39,593 bases of DNA from a virus (Duplodnaviria > Caudoviricetes): positions 1-39,593 of IMG/VR virus record IMGVR_UViG_3300011435_000027. One strand, 5' to 3'. The position numbers and the translations under genes are program-made. Under the pieces are notes generated by a model that saw only the letters and a program-made list of their open reading frames with translations, had not been told where the DNA came from and did no database searches. Positions 1 through 8,875 of this stretch are shown here, piece after piece (the stretch's first letter is position 1; every line of letters begins with the position of its first letter).

Positions 1-110
1 GCCCAACAGGGCAGGGAATGAGAATGATTACAGAACAGATATACAAACAATTACCCAAGTTTGCAGCAGAAGCAGGGATATCACTGTCTGACCAAGGAGC
101 CGCACAATGA
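1..110 (+). CDS. C-terminal end of the ORF starting at 37744 (wraps the junction)
   Basis: Frame continues ...SKLSPTGQGMRMITEQ...DQGAAQ; stop TGA 108-110 overlaps the ATG at 107 (ATGA). Confidence 0.85.
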   Translation, partial: PTGQGMRMITEQIYKQLPKFAAEAGISLSDQGAAQ

Positions 111-2242
111 AACGATACCTTATATTACTACTCGTACTGTTGACTTGCGGCACTTCCTTTGCGGCAAATAAGTCTCAGATATTCGACCCGCTGCTAGTGT
201 CTCAGAGGGCGGGGGGCGCTACGTTATCCGCTGGCAAGGCGTATTTCTACGTGCCAGGAAGCACAACGCTGAAAGCTATCTACCTTGACCGCAACAGCAC
301 ACAACCAGCAGCCAACCCTTACACGTTGTCAAGTGACGGCACCGCGCAACTCTACGGCGATGGCCTGTATGATGTAAAAATCACCACAAGCGGGGGGGTG
401 CAAAAATATTATTGGGAAGACGTAAAAATTCAGGATGTGGCTCGTGAGCTAGTGTATTTTGACAGTCTTAGTGATGCGGTTACCTCGATAGGTTCGACAA
501 AGACAACGCTGATCGTGGCAACGGACACAACAACTAATAGCCTCACCATCCCAAGCAACATTGAATTGCAGACCACCAACGGCGCGATTATCACCATTAA
601 CAGCGGTCAAACCCTGACAATAAACGGGCCTGTATTGTTTGCAACCTCGCAGGTTTTTGCAGGGACAGGCAGTGTTACAGGGTTAAAAGAAGCAAGGTCG
701 GAGTGGTTTGGAGTCAACACGGACCCCGGCACTACCGATATGGGGGCAGCTATCCAAAAAGCTGTAACCGCAGCGAATAAAATTATATTTATCGGCGCTT
801 ATGCAAAATCATCAGCGATAACAGTTCCATCTGACAGAATTTTAGAAGGATACGGCGCAACCATCACCACCACTGCTGATAATATTAACGGGTTCAATGT
901 TACGGGTTCAAATGTAACTTTTCGAGGCTTGACTATCAACGGGCCGCAACATACCGTATTAAGTACGTCACGAGGTATCAGTGCTGTCGGTGCGGACTCT
1001 GCTAACTACCTGACCGACATTAACATCATCGACTGCAATCTATCCACTTGGGGTATTTATGGTATTTACATGCAGTTTGTAGATGGATTCAGCATTTCAA
1101 AAACTCAAATTGAAAACATCTTTTATGCCGGAGTCATGGGCCTGTCGGTCAAGAACGGCATCATAAACAACAAAACCACCGTTAAGAATGTCACAGGTAA
1201 TATTTCAAATAACGCTTATGGTGTCGCGCTTTCCCGCATTGAGAATGACAGTTTAGCTACTCATCCCCGTTCAATGAATGTTGTTGTGGACGGCGTGATA
1301 ATTGACAATGTGACTGTGTGGGAGGGACTAGATACTCATGGCGGTGAAAACATACAGTTCATAAATAACACTATAAAAAACTGTAAAGCAGGAATTGGGA
1401 TTGTAGGCAGCGACAATGGCACACAAACCCCGTCTTTTGCCCCGTTAAATAGTTCCGCAATTAACAATACAATTAACAGCGGGAAAACAGATGGAACAGC
1501 AAGCTATGGTATCGCTTTTGCCGGTGCACAAGGTATATCAGGGGCATCAATTCAGTATGCAACAGGCTCAATTATTGGAAACCGGATTATTGGACATGGA
1601 GACGAGACAAACAATATATCCGGTGGGATATATCTAAGAGATACTTCCGCGTTGGTTGTGAACGGAAACAATCTGATAGAAGCGGGCAGTAACGCTATCC
1701 ACGTTTACCATGACAACAAAGGAATCTCGCTGATCGGAAATACCATCGTTGATGTGTGGTCTAATACATCAGCAGCAGCTTACGGCATTAATATGTCTAG
1801 TGATTATAACACAGGGACAATCAGTGGTAACACTTTTTCCCTCGGTACAAAAACAGCTACCTATATCATGCCATACCGCATGCGTGCTGGTAACGTGGCA
1901 AATAACAAAATATCTGTGGGACTCAACCATTATGTAGCTACGGCAAAAATCATAGATCAAAACATTGCCAACATAACCTTTACGGGTGGGCCGTTTACTG
2001 GAAGCAAAACATGGGACCCACCTAGCGTACTGGCTGGTGCGAATACGACTACCACGGTAACAGTTGATGATGTTGTTGTCGGGAACTCCGCACAAGCAGG
2101 ATTCTCACTAGCGTTGCCTGTCGGTGTTTATTTGCGAGCGGAAGTGACGGCGGCAAATACCGTAACGGTTACGCTAGTTAATGGGTCAGCATCTACACAG
2201 GATATAGCATCCGGCACGCTGACAGTCACTACCTTCAAATAA
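107..2242 (+). CDS. Tailspike / parallel beta-helix receptor-binding protein with N-terminal signal peptide
   Basis: Podoviral anchor-like segment GKAYFYVPGSTT..Y.D..ANPYTLSSDG..LYGDGLYDVKI; D..AAIQKAV entry motif followed by Asn/Ile/Gly-rich beta-helix repeats; leader MKRYLILLLVLLTCGTSFA. Confidence 0.82.
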   Translation: MKRYLILLLVLLTCGTSFAANKSQIFDPLLVSQRAGGATLSAGKAYFYVPGSTTLKAIYLDRNSTQPAANPYTLSSDGTAQLYGDGLYDVKITTSGGVQKYYWEDVKIQDVARELVYFDSLSDAVTSIGSTKTTLIVATDTTTNSLTIPSNIELQTTNGAIITINSGQTLTINGPVLFATSQVFAGTGSVTGLKEARSEWFGVNTDPGTTDMGAAIQKAVTAANKIIFIGAYAKSSAITVPSDRILEGYGATITTTADNINGFNVTGSNVTFRGLTINGPQHTVLSTSRGISAVGADSANYLTDINIIDCNLSTWGIYGIYMQFVDGFSISKTQIENIFYAGVMGLSVKNGIINNKTTVKNVTGNISNNAYGVALSRIENDSLATHPRSMNVVVDGVIIDNVTVWEGLDTHGGENIQFINNTIKNCKAGIGIVGSDNGTQTPSFAPLNSSAINNTINSGKTDGTASYGIAFAGAQGISGASIQYATGSIIGNRIIGHGDETNNISGGIYLRDTSALVVNGNNLIEAGSNAIHVYHDNKGISLIGNTIVDVWSNTSAAAYGINMSSDYNTGTISGNTFSLGTKTATYIMPYRMRAGNVANNKISVGLNHYVATAKIIDQNIANITFTGGPFTGSKTWDPPSVLAGANTTTTVTVDDVVVGNSAQAGFSLALPVGVYLRAEVTAANTVTVTLVNGSASTQDIASGTLTVTTFK

Positions 2243-2287
2243 CCGACCTCGAAGCAGAGACAGACTAGAACAACAAGGAGCGAAACA

Positions 2288-5200
2288 ATGAAACGACTCT
2301 TGATTATAGCTGGACTGGTAGCAACGGCGGCGATCTGCAACGCCTCTGGTATTTATATATGGTCCGGTTCCCAAAGCGCAGGTGGCGGTTCTGGCGGCGG
2401 TCACGTTATCCAAAAAAACAGTGCCACTTTCCCGCAACAGGCATATCTTAACTTTACCGGCGCTGCGGTTCAGGTAACTGACTCAGGCGGCAAGACCCTT
2501 GTTGAGATAAACGGTCCAGCAGGTCCACAGGGTGCCACAGGTATCCAGGGGCCGCAGGGTATCCAAGGGCCACAAGGCAACGCAGGTATAGCCGGTTCAG
2601 CCGCCACTCTAGCTATTGGAAACGTATATACCAGTTCCACCGTCCCCAATGTTGTCAACACAGGCACAACCACCGCCGCAGTGATTGACTTTTACCTTGT
2701 CAGGGGTGAGCAGGGACCAGCAGGCGCAGGAACGGGGGATATGCTGGCCGCGTCTAATCTATCTGATTTGGCGGATAAATCAGTATCAAGAACCAACTTA
2801 GGGGTAGCTATAGGAACCAACGTACAGGCTTATGACGAAGATTTAACGGCCTTTGCTAACATTTCTACATCCAATAACGTCAGGACTATGCTGGGTTCTG
2901 CTGATAACTCAGCCATAAGAACCAACATTGGACTTGCCACAACTGCCAATCTTACGGCCAGCACAAACAAGAACTTCCTGACCGATGCACAGCAGGCCAA
3001 TGTCAATAACCTTTCCGGCACAAACTCAGGCAACGAAACAGCCGCGAGTGTTGGTACTTTGATTAATGGCGCAGGCGAACTTACAAACCTGACTATTGCC
3101 GATGCTGACAAGATAGCAGTTTCGGATGCTTCTGCTTCAAATATCCTGACTAAATTCACATGGGCGAACCTCAAAGCGGCATTAGGGGCGATCTTTCACG
3201 GGCTCACTGTAACTTGGGCCGAATTGAGCGGGACACCTACCGACAACACGGCATTTAATACTACAATAGCGGCCAAACTAACAAAAACGGTATTTGACAG
3301 TTATACCAGTAATGACCGCCTAACCACTACCGGCAACGGAACAAGCCTAACTTTCGACACCCACGGAATCGGAGCAGCCGCAGGGAGTGGTAATAAACTC
3401 TATGTCCAGAACGCTGATGTTGCCCGTAAGACCATTGGCACCCTGACGCAGTTCGGCAACGGCACCGGCTTGGCAACGGATGCGGTGTACCGGCCATATT
3501 ACTTCTATTCTGCGGTTAATCCTACAGACACGAACCACGCTACCTTATTGACAACCGGCGTAAACGGATCGGTCAATTTTGGTTTCAGCGGTGTCCCGGC
3601 TGTTGGCACCGTCCATGCCGGAACCTTTGAAACGGTAGTAAGTGGCAACGGGGATGCTCTGAATGAACATGCGGCTATTATGGGGGTGCAGAGGTACGAC
3701 ATAGGCACAGGGTACACTCAGACAACCGGCCCTGTCGGAAGAGCATGGTTTGGTGACTTCAACCTTTTGGGGCCGATAGCGGTACAGCCTGAACTGCTCA
3801 ACGGCGTGACGATGAATATCGAGAACTACTACAACGGTTCCCCTGTTGACGGGGCATCGGCCGGGCAATGGATCGTCACCAAACCCGGCACAGGTGGAGG
3901 TATTGACGCTAACCACCTAGCAGCCACTACATACCCCGTGGACGTTGGCCTTGGCATAGTGGGTTATGCAACCGGCCCTGCCAATGGGTTTAATAAAGCT
4001 ATCCAGATCGGCGGCACCGGCTCGGGCTGGATGCAGTCCGGCACCTCCAAGATCGGCACCGGGATATACTTTGACGACGACATAACTACCGGCATCGACC
4101 TCTCCAGTGCCAACATCTCAGGCAACGCGCTTAAACTGGCTGACACGCAGGAAATCTGCAATTCGACTGATTGTTACACAGTGGCGGAACTAGCGGCAGT
4201 AGGCGGATACACTCTGCCCACAGCCTCAACAACGGTTTTAGGCGGGGTAAAGGTTGACGGCACGACTGTCACCATTACTGACGGGGTGATCTCGGCACCG
4301 TCCGGCGGCTCCGGTGACATGGTTGCGGCCACATGGGACACGGATACCAACGGGGCTATTGACGTTGCCAAGGGCGGAACTAACGGGACTACTGCGGCAT
4401 TGGGCGCAACTGGTTTAGGGCTTGGTACGGCTAATGACGTTACGCACAAAGGTTTGACTATTTCAGGAACCGCAACAGGCACTCCACTGAGCATCACAAG
4501 CACCGTTTCAAATAACTTCGGGGTGTTAATGTTGCCAGTAATCGAATCCCCTACTTCGGGCAAACAGGGTGTGCTATCACGCCCTGATTTCCGCAACGCA
4601 ACCGCATCAGGGACGTATACCGGAACATCGTATGAAACAAGAGTAAGCGGGACATCAGAGGCATCACCAAGTTCTAACACCCTTGCCGTTGTCAACAACT
4701 TCACATCCCGCATTGCGTTACAAAACAGCTTTGTGGGGACGGTGACAAACGGAGTAGGGGTTGAAATACAAGACGCGGTTGCAACTACGGGGACCGGCGG
4801 GACAGGTACAATCACCAATCAGTTCGGATTATCCATAAAAGACCTTACCAAAGGCAGCACTGGTAATTATGGTCTTTATTCCGCTATGTCTGCTGGGACT
4901 GGCAAATGGTTTCTGTATGGTGCCGGTACTGGCAATAGTTATTATGGCGGAAATGTCCAGATAGGTTCCTCCACCGCCACCGCAGGCGCGGAGAAACTGC
5001 AAGTCACCGGCAACGCCTCTGTGTCCGGCACACTGATAACCGGCTCGATACCTTCCCCTGGTGCAATCGGTGGTACCACTCCGGCAGCGGGAACGTTCAC
5101 CACGCTTGCCGCCAACTCAGTCAAAGATGCCCTTGTGGACGGCGGCACCTGCGGAGCCTCGGGCACGGTCACCATCACACCTGCCAACAACGGGCTGGAA

Positions 5201-5419
5201 ACCATCACCGCCACAGATACTACTTGCACCATCACCACGGCCACCCCGCAAGTCGGCCAGTCATTCCTGCTCAAGCTGGTCGCAACGGCAGTGCCTACCA
5301 CGTTCACAAACTTTACCTTTCCCACAGCAGGCCACGGCATGACGGCAGGGAACACCTACCTGATAGCCTGCGCTGCGTTTGATACGTCAACATTCCAGTG
5401 TGCCGCGAGTCTGAGGTGA
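2288..5419 (+). CDS. Long fibre protein with collagen-like repeats and signal peptide
   Basis: GPAGPQGATGIQGPQGIQGPQG; fibre motifs GDMLAASNLSDL and YTLPTASTTVLGGVKV; Thr/Gly-rich; leader MKRLLIIAGLVATAAICNA; RBS AAGGAG. Confidence 0.78.
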   Translation: MKRLLIIAGLVATAAICNASGIYIWSGSQSAGGGSGGGHVIQKNSATFPQQAYLNFTGAAVQVTDSGGKTLVEINGPAGPQGATGIQGPQGIQGPQGNAGIAGSAATLAIGNVYTSSTVPNVVNTGTTTAAVIDFYLVRGEQGPAGAGTGDMLAASNLSDLADKSVSRTNLGVAIGTNVQAYDEDLTAFANISTSNNVRTMLGSADNSAIRTNIGLATTANLTASTNKNFLTDAQQANVNNLSGTNSGNETAASVGTLINGAGELTNLTIADADKIAVSDASASNILTKFTWANLKAALGAIFHGLTVTWAELSGTPTDNTAFNTTIAAKLTKTVFDSYTSNDRLTTTGNGTSLTFDTHGIGAAAGSGNKLYVQNADVARKTIGTLTQFGNGTGLATDAVYRPYYFYSAVNPTDTNHATLLTTGVNGSVNFGFSGVPAVGTVHAGTFETVVSGNGDALNEHAAIMGVQRYDIGTGYTQTTGPVGRAWFGDFNLLGPIAVQPELLNGVTMNIENYYNGSPVDGASAGQWIVTKPGTGGGIDANHLAATTYPVDVGLGIVGYATGPANGFNKAIQIGGTGSGWMQSGTSKIGTGIYFDDDITTGIDLSSANISGNALKLADTQEICNSTDCYTVAELAAVGGYTLPTASTTVLGGVKVDGTTVTITDGVISAPSGGSGDMVAATWDTDTNGAIDVAKGGTNGTTAALGATGLGLGTANDVTHKGLTISGTATGTPLSITSTVSNNFGVLMLPVIESPTSGKQGVLSRPDFRNATASGTYTGTSYETRVSGTSEASPSSNTLAVVNNFTSRIALQNSFVGTVTNGVGVEIQDAVATTGTGGTGTITNQFGLSIKDLTKGSTGNYGLYSAMSAGTGKWFLYGAGTGNSYYGGNVQIGSSTATAGAEKLQVTGNASVSGTLITGSIPSPGAIGGTTPAAGTFTTLAANSVKDALVDGGTCGASGTVTITPANNGLETITATDTTCTITTATPQVGQSFLLKLVATAVPTTFTNFTFPTAGHGMTAGNTYLIACAAFDTSTFQCAASLR

Positions 5420-5421
5420 TT

Positions 5422-5838
5422 ATGAGAACACTACTGATAATCCTGTTGCTGATCGCCACCAACTGCCACGCAGGGCCAGCGGCCAGGCGGTTTATGCAGG
5501 TGATGGGGCCAACGTGTATTGATACCAGTTCAACGATAAACTGCATATCCTCTATTTCATCATCCGGGCCAACGGACACTGGCACCGCCTCTTTCCTGAT
5601 GGCAGCCGGAAACATTACCGCCCACGCTGAGTGCGCCTGTGCCGGGGCTACTTCGTCCATACAACTATTTGTAGACGGCTCACCGTCTGGGTCACTTGTT
5701 TGTACCGTCGGGGATTGCGATAAAAGCACAACGCTTACATTTGCCGTAGCATCCGGCACTCATAGTGTCCGTCTCGCCGGTGCGCAATCGGGCAGCGGTA
5801 CATACCTGGCCAACAGCTTTTCAATCCCGATACCGTAA
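5422..5838 (+). CDS. Small Cys-rich beta protein with signal peptide (fibre-associated?)
   Basis: Likely ATG 5422 with RBS GAGGTG; leader MRTLLIILLLIATNCHA; 6 Cys in predicted mature part. Confidence 0.65.
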   Translation: MRTLLIILLLIATNCHAGPAARRFMQVMGPTCIDTSSTINCISSISSSGPTDTGTASFLMAAGNITAHAECACAGATSSIQLFVDGSPSGSLVCTVGDCDKSTTLTFAVASGTHSVRLAGAQSGSGTYLANSFSIPIP

Positions 5839-5863
5839 CTAAAACGAAAGGAGGAAACAAGCC

Positions 5864-5953
5864 ATGATGAACAAAAGCATGATTCAGAAACCGACCACCA
5901 GCAGCAAAGGACCAAAGAAGCCGTCAAAGCCGAAAGGCGGCAAGAAGTGTTGA
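5864..5953 (+). CDS. 29-aa basic peptide MMNKSMIQKPTTSSKGPKKPSKPKGGKKC
   Basis: Strong RBS GAAAGGAGG; fills the intergenic gap; below ORF-track cutoff. Confidence 0.6.
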   Translation: MMNKSMIQKPTTSSKGPKKPSKPKGGKKC

Positions 5954-5996
5954 ACAAGGGGGCATAGCCGCCTCACACCAAACACAGGAGGCGGTT

Positions 5997-6236
5997 ATGC
6001 CTGACAACATCAATGAATTAATGTGGTGGGCCTTGAACGGAAGTATTCTGATAGTTGCCTTTTATATCCGTCAAGACATAAAGGAAATGAAAGACGACCT
6101 TAAAAGAGCGCACAGTATTTATGATAACCACGAGCAAAGAATTATCCGCTTAGAAGTCAGTTGCAAATTGAGACACGGCGCAGAACACATGCACATGAGG
6201 ATTTCCGACGCTCAAGATGAAGGTTCCGGCGCATAG
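5997..6236 (+). CDS. Single-TM coiled-coil protein, holin/antiholin-like
   Basis: Hydrophobic LMWWALNGSILIVAFYI then HEQRIIRLE; RBS AGGAGG; upstream of endolysin. Confidence 0.55.
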   Translation: MPDNINELMWWALNGSILIVAFYIRQDIKEMKDDLKRAHSIYDNHEQRIIRLEVSCKLRHGAEHMHMRISDAQDEGSGA

Positions 6237-6238
6237 CC

Positions 6239-6331
6239 ATGTACTTCTACTGCCCCCGCCAAGATAAGATTATCAAAAGGCATTGGCTTAAATGTTGTTG
6301 TTCTACCTGTCCATGGAGGCCGTACAAATGA
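6239..6331 (+). CDS. 30-aa Cys-rich peptide MYFYCPRQDKIIKRHWLKCCCSTCPWRPYK
   Basis: Starts 2 nt after the previous stop; its TGA overlaps the endolysin ATG. Confidence 0.4.
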   Translation: MYFYCPRQDKIIKRHWLKCCCSTCPWRPYK

Positions 6332-6756
6332 AAATGAGCGCAGAAGGGCTTGATAAACTGAAAGAATGGGAGGGGTGTGTACTCCATCCGTATAAAGACG
6401 CGGCTGGACTTCTCACAATAGGCGTAGGGCATCTTATACAGCCCTCAGAGACGTTTGGAACAATCACCCTTGACCATGCCCTTGATATTCTGGCAAATGA
6501 CCTCATACGCTTTGAAGAGGCGGTTAATAAGTATGTTACTGTGCCACTGGAACAGAACCAGTTTGACGCTCTTGTGTCATTCGCCTTCAACGTGGGAGTG
6601 GGAGCCTTCAAGAGTTCTACCCTGCTTAAAAAGCTGAATGTTGGCTTTTACGAGTCTATCCCTGACCAGATGCTACGATGGACTAAGGCAGGGGGCAAAA
6701 AACTTGATGGGCTTGTAACCCGCCGCAAAAACGAGATTGAGTTGTGGAACGCCTAA
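6328..6756 (+). CDS. Endolysin, GH24 phage lysozyme
   Basis: EG..LHPYKDAAGLLTIGVGH (E/D/T triad), QNQFDALVSFAFNVG, GLVTRRKNE; probable start 6328 with RBS TGGAGG. Confidence 0.93.
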   Translation: MKMSAEGLDKLKEWEGCVLHPYKDAAGLLTIGVGHLIQPSETFGTITLDHALDILANDLIRFEEAVNKYVTVPLEQNQFDALVSFAFNVGVGAFKSSTLLKKLNVGFYESIPDQMLRWTKAGGKKLDGLVTRRKNEIELWNA

Positions 6757-6809
6757 GAACTCTGCTGGATATTCAGAACATTATTTTCTGGCTTCAATGG
6801 GGGCAAGAA

Positions 6810-6905
6810 ATGAAGCAACCTTTCTATTGTTTTGAAATCGGGTACTGTCTGCAAAATAACGACTGCTCAAACTGCGGCAAGTGTAGAGGTGTGACCAATG
6901 GCTGA
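6810..6905 (+). CDS. 31-aa Cys-rich peptide MKQPFYCFEIGYCLQNNDCSNCGKCRGVTNG
   Basis: GGGGG upstream; overlaps the next start; 5 Cys. Confidence 0.4.
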   Translation: MKQPFYCFEIGYCLQNNDCSNCGKCRGVTNG

Positions 6906-7242
6906 CTTTAAAACCCCTCTGGAAGTCCGTATGCTGCCTGAGATGGACGACCAACACTGGCAGCTTATATCGCCCTTGGTTTATCAGTCCGACCTCGTAG
7001 GGGAGATTGTAGTCCCCACGGGGTTTATTACTAACTTCGCCTCGTTTGCTCCATTGAAGTATGCCGCCATACGTGAGGCGGTAATACATGATTACCTATA
7101 CAACAAAAAGAATGTTTCAAGAAAGATGGCAGACCAGGTATTTTTAGAGGCCATGCACTCAACAGGCAACGAGGAAGCCGAAACACACCTGATGTATCTA
7201 GGAGTCAGGCTAGGCGGTGGATCACACTACAGGGAGGACTGA
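6898..7242 (+). CDS. DUF1353-like protein
   Basis: VPTGFITNFAS, AVIHDYLY, RKMADQVFLEAM and YLGVRLGG match the family pattern as I recall it. Confidence 0.8.
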   Translation: MADFKTPLEVRMLPEMDDQHWQLISPLVYQSDLVGEIVVPTGFITNFASFAPLKYAAIREAVIHDYLYNKKNVSRKMADQVFLEAMHSTGNEEAETHLMYLGVRLGGGSHYRED

Positions 7243-7394
7243 TGGAAGCACCTGAAAGGTGGATAACTCAATCAGTGTATTGCAACCTCTGCGGCCATGA
7301 TTGGCAAGCGGTATATGATGATAATAACGCAACAAGGCTGGAATGCCCTAGCTGTCACGGAATGAGTAGAATAAACACAGTTCCAAAAGTTTAA
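7242..7394 (+). CDS. 50-aa zinc-ribbon protein
   Basis: CNLC..W..ECPSC; RBS GGGAGG; start coupled to previous stop. Confidence 0.65.
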   Translation: MEAPERWITQSVYCNLCGHDWQAVYDDNNATRLECPSCHGMSRINTVPKV

Positions 7395-7405
7395 AGGGAG
7401 GGAAT

Positions 7406-7594
7406 ATGAACGAGGACTATAAACAACTGCTGATGATTCTGGTCGTAGCTGTACTGGCGAGCTCCGCCGCTTTTGCTGGCAAGTGGGATATCGTGACCAC
7501 GTGCATAACCGGATATTTTGCCCTACTCAACATGACTAGAAAGAGGACCGCCGATGAGATACCTGCTCCTGTTGCTCTTACTGACAAGCCTTAG
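7406..7594 (+). CDS. Small membrane protein, holin candidate
   Basis: Two hydrophobic segments and a basic tail; RBS GGGAGG; lysis region. Confidence 0.55.
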   Translation: MNEDYKQLLMILVVAVLASSAAFAGKWDIVTTCITGYFALLNMTRKRTADEIPAPVALTDKP

Positions 7595-7724
7595 CGGTTG
7601 CGCCTACAACGAGACGCATAACTATGTTAGGGCTGATGGTGACGTGTCCATTACCTGCACACAATCAACAGAGAAACCCGTAAAGGTGTCAACTGACTTG
7701 GAAGTGCCAATGAGCGCCATATAG
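7554..7724 (+). CDS. 56-aa lipoprotein, spanin candidate
   Basis: MRYLLLLLLLTSLSG-C with canonical lipobox LSGC; RBS AGAGGA; overlaps the preceding membrane gene in another frame. Confidence 0.72.
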   Translation: MRYLLLLLLLTSLSGCAYNETHNYVRADGDVSITCTQSTEKPVKVSTDLEVPMSAI

Positions 7725-7737
7725 AAAGGAGGCCCCC

Positions 7738-7776
7738 ATGCCAGGAAAAAAGTGCGGCGGCGGGAAGAAAAGGTAA
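7738..7776 (+). CDS. 12-aa basic peptide MPGKKCGGGKKR
   Basis: RBS AGAAAGGAGG just after the lipoprotein stop; shares GKKC with the 5864 peptide. Confidence 0.5.
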   Translation: MPGKKCGGGKKR

Positions 7777-7848
7777 GGTACTGGCAAGCCCCGCAACAAG
7801 AGTTCTGGATATTTGTTTTTGATTGCGGAAATGCATAGCAGATTCTAA

Positions 7849-7911
7849 TTGACTTTTGGCCGGTAATGTGTAAAATCAGCATTGCCAAAGTATAAGTATA
7901 AAGTGTATCAT
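7849..7911 (+). promoter_or_regulatory. Tandem sigma70-like promoter candidates
   Basis: TTGACT-N16-TAAAAT (7849-7876) and TTGCCA-N18-TATCAT (7882-7911) in an AT-rich gap. Confidence 0.45.
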
Positions 7912-7949
7912 AAAGACATAACTTTTCAGCCGATTAAAGGCTGGCAAAG

Positions 7950-8005
7950 AACCCCTCAAACCCCTTTGTACTTATCTTTGGCGAGATACTACTGAGGGGT
8001 TTTTT
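7950..8005 (+). terminator. Terminator/attenuator-like hairpin
   Basis: AACCCCTCA ... TGAGGGGTT followed by a T-tract. Confidence 0.6.
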
Positions 8006-8023
8006 GCGTCTAAAGGGGTTTCT

Positions 8024-8875
8024 GTGTATCAATGGCGAAAAGGCATAGCACAATGGACAGTGAAAGATACGCTCTATCTTTCCGTTGTTTTTACATGGCA
8101 ACTACCGGAAGCCTTTGATATAGCTTCAAACAGCAAAAAGAAAGTTATAGCTGGTGGCCCTGCTGTAAAACTCCTGCCCGATTATCTTTCCTCTGTAGCG
8201 ACCATCCAACAAGAAACCATATTCCCTGCGCTTGAATTTCACAACCCAATGGCGACCTTCACAAGCCGTGGTTGCGATAATTCCTGCTCGTTTTGCGCCG
8301 TGCCTAAAATGGAAGGACGGCTAAGAGAATTGGAAGAATGGCCGGTACGTCCGATCATTTGCGATAACAACCTACTAGGATGCTCTAAACGGCATTTTGA
8401 CAAGGTTATAGACCGTTCCAAGGCATTACCCTTCGTTGACTTCAATCAAGGCTTAGAAGCTGATTTATTCACTCCACATCATGCCTCAAGAATGGCTGAA
8501 CTAAAACATCCGAAACTCCGCTTTGCTTTTGATCATATCAACGAAGAATCAAAGGTAATGGACGCAATAAACCTAGCAACTGAAAAGGGACATAAAAACA
8601 TAGGCTGTTATGTCCTATTTAATCACAATGATGATTTAGAAAGCACTCTTTATCGGTTGAATCTGTTAATAAGCAAAAACGTACTGCCAAACCCCATGCG
8701 ATACCAGCCGTTAGACTCCCTGCACAAAAATACCTTTATTGATAAGAACTGGACAAAATTAGATCTCCAGAGAGTAACCAAATATTACAGCAAGCTCAAT
8801 TTTCTAGGGCACATACCTTTTGACGACTTCAACCCGCAGGATGATGAAAAGCGTAAACAGCAAGACTTGTTTTAA
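8024..8875 (+). CDS. Radical SAM protein (compact, resembles class B/MiaB-type core)
   Basis: TSRGCDNSCSFC (CxxxCxxC), AGGPAV, DNNLL, DFNQGL, RFAFD; GTG start. Confidence 0.85.
   Translation: MYQWRKGIAQWTVKDTLYLSVVFTWQLPEAFDIASNSKKKVIAGGPAVKLLPDYLSSVATIQQETIFPALEFHNPMATFTSRGCDNSCSFCAVPKMEGRLRELEEWPVRPIICDNNLLGCSKRHFDKVIDRSKALPFVDFNQGLEADLFTPHHASRMAELKHPKLRFAFDHINEESKVMDAINLATEKGHKNIGCYVLFNHNDDLESTLYRLNLLISKNVLPNPMRYQPLDSLHKNTFIDKNWTKLDLQRVTKYYSKLNFLGHIPFDDFNPQDDEKRKQQDLF

Noticed and set aside
107-163. Lipoprotein signal in the tailspike (LLTC)
   Set aside because: Does not fit the lipobox consensus; SFA-A is a better signal peptidase I site
6292-6327. SAR or signal extension on the endolysin
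   Set aside because: The better RBS and ATGA coupling point to a start at 6328; the extension is short and not SAR-like
7242-7394. c-type cytochrome from CPSCH (CxxCH)
   Set aside because: No export signal, and a second CxxC makes a zinc ribbon the simpler reading
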